NCBI GenBank assembly: GCA_001793945.1 | Contig: MGIW01000006.1 | Coordinates: forward strand, 70,179 to 134,178 | Source of the DNA: Candidatus Wolfebacteria bacterium RIFOXYD12_FULL_48_21 | Lineage (GTDB): Bacteria > Patescibacteriota > Minisyncoccia > UBA6257 > UBA9933 | DNA: 64,000 nt | Reading direction: 5' to 3' | Part shown: positions 59,109-64,000 of the stretch, one piece after another | Position numbering within the stretch: the first letter of the stretch is position 1 | How the letters are laid out: each line of letters starts with the position of its first letter | The notes under the pieces: generated by a model | Seen by the model: only the letters and a program-made list of their open reading frames with translations | Database searches by the model: none | Told to the model about the DNA's origin: nothing | Position numbers and translations under genes: made by a program

Positions 59109-59154
59109 AAAAACGCTTAATAATATTGCTATAGCAATATTATTAAGCGTTTTT
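59109..59154. terminator. Perfect 46-bp palindrome between convergent genes
   Basis: AAAAACGCTTAATAATATTGCTA|TAGCAATATTATTAAGCGTTTTT. Confidence 0.7.
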
Positions 59155-59161
59155 ATCCGCA

Positions 59162-59884
59162 TTATTCGTGGGGGGATTTTTTGATGGCGATGTCGCCGAA
59201 GCGGTCGGGTTGTTCTACGCGAATATGTTGGTCGCGCAGCAGATGGAGCAGCGCAAGAAAGAGGACCACGACCTCCTTCTTTGATTTTTCATTGATCAGA
59301 TTGCCGAAGCTTTTTATGCCCGCAGTAACTTTCATGAGTATTTCCTCGATCTTTTCTTCGAGCCTTACTACCGTGTTCTCAACCTTTTTGAACTCAAGTG
59401 CTGCGGCCTTAAGGGTTTCGAATAGGGTTGTCATCGCCGCGTGCATTGCTGACGGTGTTATTTCGGGTGATGGGTAGAAGATAGTCGGTCGGCCGAGCAA
59501 GAGCGGGCGCGCAACTGCCACCGATTCTTGCTCATAAAGCGCTTTGACATGTACCATGGCAGGTTTGAATCGTTGGTAGAACTTCAATCGATGTTCGAGA
59601 TCTTTGATATCTTCCTGATCTTCGGCAGACAATACGAGCGAGGGAAGGAGTGCTTTTGACTTGATCAATAATAGGCGCGATGCGATCGCCACAAAATCGG
59701 AAAGAAATCGAATCTCTACCTCGTTGCGTTCTTTGCCCGACAGATTCATTTCCTGTACAAATTTAAGAAAATCATCGGTCACTAAAGCAAGGCTCACTTG
59801 TGTGATCTCCAATTTGCGCGCCTCGATCATTTCAAGGAGTGTCTCTATAGGCCCGGTGAATTGTGCGGTGTTTATTTGGTACAT
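59162..59884 (-). CDS. scpA: Segregation/condensation protein ScpA
   Basis: FTGP..LL.MIE, LLLIKSKALLP, FLALLHL...Q...FGDI. Confidence 0.92.
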   Translation of the reverse strand: MYQINTAQFTGPIETLLEMIEARKLEITQVSLALVTDDFLKFVQEMNLSGKERNEVEIRFLSDFVAIASRLLLIKSKALLPSLVLSAEDQEDIKDLEHRLKFYQRFKPAMVHVKALYEQESVAVARPLLLGRPTIFYPSPEITPSAMHAAMTTLFETLKAAALEFKKVENTVVRLEEKIEEILMKVTAGIKSFGNLINEKSKKEVVVLFLALLHLLRDQHIRVEQPDRFGDIAIKKSPHE

Positions 59885-59977
59885 AATAATGACCTATAAC
59901 TTATAACCGATAACTGATTACAGGATACAGCATTCTGATGTGGATGTATTTTGTCAAAAGTCATCCGTTGTTTGTTA

Positions 59978-61246
59978 TCAGTTAGTTTTTGTAAACAAAA
60001 ACTGTATCGGGTCGAGGTAGCCGTAATCGCGCGGATCGCCCGGCGTGTAACCGTAACACGCATGCGGTTCACTTTCCATTGCTCCAGGTATTTTGATCTT
60101 GCACGCCATGCCGCCGTCCGGATTTTCCAATACCGGTTTTGTCTTTAATTCAAAGTGCAGATGGATGTCGTCGGGGTTGGTGCTGTCGCAGCCATCGGTG
60201 CCGACCTTCCAGTTGTTTTGGCAGCCATAGGCGCTGTTGCCGACCGTTCCGAGCGTGTCGCCGGCGTGTACCGTGCCGCCTTCCGTGATCGAAGCGGCAA
60301 TCGAGGCAAGATGCGCATAGACGCCGTAAAGCGTTTTCCCGTCGATGGTGTGTTCGACGATGACTGTTGCTCCCATGCCATGATCCGTTCCGTCATTCGG
60401 CTGTATTCGCATGACTGTTCCGTCGGTTATTGCATATGCGCCAAGATCCGTCGCATCGCGGTTCGGAGCAAGGTCTACGCCCGCGTGCTCATCGTAATCG
60501 AGCATAAGTTTATCGAGGTTGCCGGCGTAGCTCCATGTTGAACGGAGCGGGCTATAGAACCGCTGACGGATCCAAAATTGATCCATGGCCACTGGCGCGT
60601 ATAGGGTCGGTTTGATCGTTCTGTCGCCGAAGGTCTTATAAATGACAAGCTGATCGCCGCGATCCAAAAAATCGAACAAGCGTTTTGCGATATCCGTTTC
60701 GAAGCGCAGGCATCCTCCGCTGAACTGCGATGTCACTTTTGTGCCATCGTCATAAAAGGGGATCTCGTGCATGAAAAAATCTTCGGTGATCTGGATCGCA
60801 TAGGGCATATTGACCGGGAACAATGAGGATCGGTGCTTTTCGTTCATGAACCCCACGCGGAAGTAACCCGTCGGCGTTTGGAACCACACATTTTCCGGTG
60901 ATTGATAAGCGACGGGTAGTATGTCGACGATCTTTCCGTTTTCAAACAAAATAATTTTTTGCGTCGTAAGATCGATCTGTGCTCCTTTTTGTTCGGTTAT
61001 TTTTGGTGCTTCAAAGCAGTAATGCCGGTCGGTTTCGTCTGCTAATTGCAGTGTTTCTGCGCAAATGTTCTTTTGTTTTTCTTCTTGCGACATGGTAATC
61101 AGCCGGCGTGAAAGTGTCGCCACTTGCGACTGTGCCGCCAGTTGTTGTGCGGGCTCCGGATAGACCGCTTTGCCGATGTTCCATCCACCCCAAAAAAGAA
61201 GCGGGGTTGCGATAAGGATGCCGGTTGTTGTTCGGATGGTTTGCAT
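59978..61246 (-). CDS. L,D-transpeptidase (YkuD) plus M23 peptidase fusion
   Basis: TPTGYF...FMHE...SGGCLR (YkuD), then HAGVD...YAHL...HLHFE (M23). Confidence 0.8.
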   Translation of the reverse strand: MQTIRTTTGILIATPLLFWGGWNIGKAVYPEPAQQLAAQSQVATLSRRLITMSQEEKQKNICAETLQLADETDRHYCFEAPKITEQKGAQIDLTTQKIILFENGKIVDILPVAYQSPENVWFQTPTGYFRVGFMNEKHRSSLFPVNMPYAIQITEDFFMHEIPFYDDGTKVTSQFSGGCLRFETDIAKRLFDFLDRGDQLVIYKTFGDRTIKPTLYAPVAMDQFWIRQRFYSPLRSTWSYAGNLDKLMLDYDEHAGVDLAPNRDATDLGAYAITDGTVMRIQPNDGTDHGMGATVIVEHTIDGKTLYGVYAHLASIAASITEGGTVHAGDTLGTVGNSAYGCQNNWKVGTDGCDSTNPDDIHLHFELKTKPVLENPDGGMACKIKIPGAMESEPHACYGYTPGDPRDYGYLDPIQFLFTKTN

Positions 61247-61294
61247 GATAGGGGCGGGCGTTATTGCACAGTGACGACGAATCGTCGTGCATAC

Positions 61295-62581
61295 TTAATG
61301 TTCTATGCGTATTGTATTGATGCCCTTATTGTCTATGAAATAAACGGAATCGTTTTCAGCTACATAGCGATAGTCGGTGAACCCACTTATGAGTAGAAAT
61401 GTATTCAGGGGTTTTCGGTCGTCTAATTCCGTGATCGCAAGTTCGCCGGTCCATTCGATCAACAGGTGATAGGAATCCCTGTGCCAGTGAACGGTTTGTA
61501 CCGGTTTTTCTTGTGGCAGTGCAATGGCGATGATCTCGCCCGCCTTTTTGCGGATGTCGCCATTGAAATCTTCAATGAACAGCACACTTGCTTCGCCGGT
61601 TGCTTCGACAAAGGCCAACTTTTTTCCATCCGGAGAGAATGTAAATGAGGTGACATTGCTTGAAACGCGGCGGATCGTTTTTGTTTTTGGGTCGAATAGA
61701 GACAACGCATATGCCGTGTCGGAAAACGCCATTGATCCGCTTCCGGTCGTGGACAGCGCTGTAATGACGGTCGTGGTTGCTATGTGCGCGTTCAGCTCAC
61801 CGAGCAAGGCCTTTGACTTGAAGATCAGATTGAGCGTGAATGCCCTTTGCGTGCGCGGTCGTACACCGGTGCCAACCAGCTCAACTCCGACGATTGTTGA
61901 ATCTTGCATGTTCCATGTGGCGAGTGATCCCTTGAGCAAGACCTCTACGGTCTTTTTTTCGGAATCGAACAGCTTGAGGCCGGATGCGTCTTCGATGACG
62001 AATTGGGTCGGCTTGAACGGAACGAACGAGACCTTTTTGATCTTCAGTCCCCGTTGTGCATTGGCAGCGGCAAGGCTTAGGTTGAGCGTGCTGGACGCAT
62101 TTGTTTTATCGTACAGATAGTAGATTCCTGTTGCGGTATCCTGCAATATCATTTTATCAGCTGTTTGCATCGTATCCACAAGACGGGTTCCTTTGGTCGG
62201 TGCGATGAATGTCCGTTCGATCTGTTTCGGAATAAGCTGCACATTCAACAGCTCCTCGACTTGCGATGGTTTTACTGTAAGGGTTTTGTGGTAGGTATGG
62301 TAACCATCTTTTGTTATTTCTACCCGATATGTCTTGGGGAGCAGGTTTGATATGAGCGTGCCGCTTTGCAGAATACCCGCAGCATCCTTGTACGGTTTTC
62401 CGTTTATCGTAATGGCGGTATCGCGCACATTTGTTTTGATATAGATCGCGCCGATCTTTTGGAATGTTTTTGTTTCGGTGGAGAACCGCCATCCGTATGA
62501 GTAGAGGAGCACTCCCGTTCCTCCTATGAGAAAAGCGGCTACGAAGAGGTAAAATAATACGATTCTTGTTTTGTGTTGCAT
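61295..62581 (-). CDS. PEGA-domain membrane-anchored protein with beta-propeller-like C-terminus
   Basis: TM, LLP..Y.VEITKDGYH.YHKTL.V, FSPDGKKL. Confidence 0.75.
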   Translation of the reverse strand: MQHKTRIVLFYLFVAAFLIGGTGVLLYSYGWRFSTETKTFQKIGAIYIKTNVRDTAITINGKPYKDAAGILQSGTLISNLLPKTYRVEITKDGYHTYHKTLTVKPSQVEELLNVQLIPKQIERTFIAPTKGTRLVDTMQTADKMILQDTATGIYYLYDKTNASSTLNLSLAAANAQRGLKIKKVSFVPFKPTQFVIEDASGLKLFDSEKKTVEVLLKGSLATWNMQDSTIVGVELVGTGVRPRTQRAFTLNLIFKSKALLGELNAHIATTTVITALSTTGSGSMAFSDTAYALSLFDPKTKTIRRVSSNVTSFTFSPDGKKLAFVEATGEASVLFIEDFNGDIRKKAGEIIAIALPQEKPVQTVHWHRDSYHLLIEWTGELAITELDDRKPLNTFLLISGFTDYRYVAENDSVYFIDNKGINTIRIEH

Positions 62582-62852
62582 AGGCGAGCTCGTGCACTTG
62601 GTGAATTGCTGCGTTGCGGGTCCCCGGCGCTGCGGTCGTCGTACGAATAGTACGCCTTCCTTGCGCCGCTCCCGGTCTGCTCCGCGTAAGAATGGATGCT
62701 TCGCCGACATTCCAAATTGCGACACGGCTCCGCCGTGGGCAATTTTAGTCACGCCTTGCACTTCACTCAAGTCCGCGAGCTCTTAGGGATCAATCAATTT
62801 GATTTAGTGATACATATGTTATAGTATAAAAACACTAATTAAGCAACAATCC

Positions 62853-64000
62853 ATGCGGTTTATTATCAACGGAGGGAAGCCATTGCGGGGGGCTATCGAG
62901 GTCAAAGGTTCGAAAAATGCCACGACGAAAATGATGATCGCGTCGCTTCTTACTGATGAAGAATGCGTGCTGGAAAACTTTCCGTCGATTGGAGATACGG
63001 AGATCACGAAAGAGCTGTGCGAACATATCGGGGCAACCGTGACCGTCGACGGCTCCACTGCGCGTCTGTGCACTCCGAATATCAAAAGTCATCGGGTAAC
63101 ACAATTGACCCGCCGAAACCGCATTCCGATCCTTGCGCTTGGGCCGTTGTTGAACCGCGTCGGCAAGGCGGAGGTTCCCGTGTTGGGCGGCGATAAGATC
63201 GGCGCCCGTCCGGTCGACATTCATCTTGATGGATTGAAGCAGCTTGGCGCCGAGATAACGCATGATGATAAATTTTTCTATGCCAGCGCTCCGAATGGAT
63301 TGACAGGCGCGACGATCACACTTCGTTATCCAAGCGTCGGTGCCACAGAAAACATCATCTTGGCTTCTGTGTTGGCGAAAGGGCGTACGGTCATTCACAA
63401 TGCGGCCGTGGAGCCCGAGATCATGGATATTATTTTGCTGTTGCAAAAGATGGGCGCGATCATCGGACTTGGTTCCGACCGTACGATTTATATAGAAGGA
63501 GTAAAGAAGTTGCATGGCGCACGACATCGCATTCTTCCCGATCGCAACGAGGCAGTTTCGTTTGCCTGTCTTGGGTTGGCGTTTCCGGGCAACGAGGTGA
63601 CGGTAAAGAACGCCGTACAAAAAGATCTGATCACATTTTTGAATGCGGTTCGCAAGATCGGCGGGGAGTACCGTATCGAAGATGACGGCATTACCTTTTT
63701 CCGTAAAGATGGACTGGTGGCAAGCGAAGTGGAAACCGATACGCACCCCGGGTTCATGACTGATTGGCAACAGCCGTTTTTGATCCTGCTCACGCAGGCG
63801 GCGGGCACATCCGTCATGCACGAGACCGTGTATGAGGACCGGTTCGGATACACCGAAGAGTTGAAGGCCATGGGTGCAAATATTGCCGTATTCTCGAAAT
63901 GTCTTGGGGAGTTGTCGTGTCGCTATAACGGACAGGGATTTCCGCACAGCGCTATCGTCTCCGGCCCGACCCCGTTGCGGGGTGTTGATACGCTCAAGGT
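62853..64000 (+). CDS. murA: UDP-N-acetylglucosamine 1-carboxyvinyltransferase (3' truncated, not in the ORF track)
   Basis: MRFIINGGKPLRG.IEVKGSKNA, GGDKIGARPVDIH, SVGATEN, PDRNE, HPGFMTDWQ. Confidence 0.93.
   Translation, partial: MRFIINGGKPLRGAIEVKGSKNATTKMMIASLLTDEECVLENFPSIGDTEITKELCEHIGATVTVDGSTARLCTPNIKSHRVTQLTRRNRIPILALGPLLNRVGKAEVPVLGGDKIGARPVDIHLDGLKQLGAEITHDDKFFYASAPNGLTGATITLRYPSVGATENIILASVLAKGRTVIHNAAVEPEIMDIILLLQKMGAIIGLGSDRTIYIEGVKKLHGARHRILPDRNEAVSFACLGLAFPGNEVTVKNAVQKDLITFLNAVRKIGGEYRIEDDGITFFRKDGLVASEVETDTHPGFMTDWQQPFLILLTQAAGTSVMHETVYEDRFGYTEELKAMGANIAVFSKCLGELSCRYNGQGFPHSAIVSGPTPLRGVDTLK

Noticed and set aside
62582-62770. N-terminal extension of the PEGA protein
   Set aside because: It runs through a repeat element. 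The TM-bearing protein starts at 62581.
62835-63947. 370-aa minus-strand ORF
   Set aside because: Antisense shadow of murA, which runs off the window on the plus strand.

Overview
Bacterial genomic window that looks like Patescibacteria/CPR (Parcubacteria-like). This is inferred from gene content: a CPR-type VirD4/TraG-like ATPase, a full type IV pilus/competence cluster, almost no metabolic genes, and rplK not followed by rplA. Housekeeping genes include metG, leuS, fmt, def, gyrB, secE-nusG-rplK, scpA, scpB, mraY, murA, tRNA-Gln and tRNA-Gly. The strongest signal is a complete diversity-generating retroelement (DGR) inserted inside the type IV pilus cluster, between pilD and the minor pilins. 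It has a target gene with a variable repeat (VR 36008-36142), a template repeat (TR 36499-36633) that differs from VR only at TR adenines (14 of 14 mismatches), a downstream hairpin, an antisense avd-like gene whose ATG is out of frame across A8/C9 homopolymers, and a DGR-type reverse transcriptase. Other notable items are an AT-rich defence island after tRNA-Gln (HTH controller, MvaI/BcnI-type nuclease, LexA-methyltransferase fusion, GIY-YIG protein, MBL hydrolase plus membrane protein), a shared TAGAA(C)-N5-TAGAA(C) candidate operator upstream of both LexA-domain fusion genes, an ASCH-like insertion in LeuRS, an HNH-containing intein in GyrB, a Cys-to-Asp MurA, and several families of intergenic palindromic and heptamer repeats. 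All protein calls come from motif recognition, not database searches.
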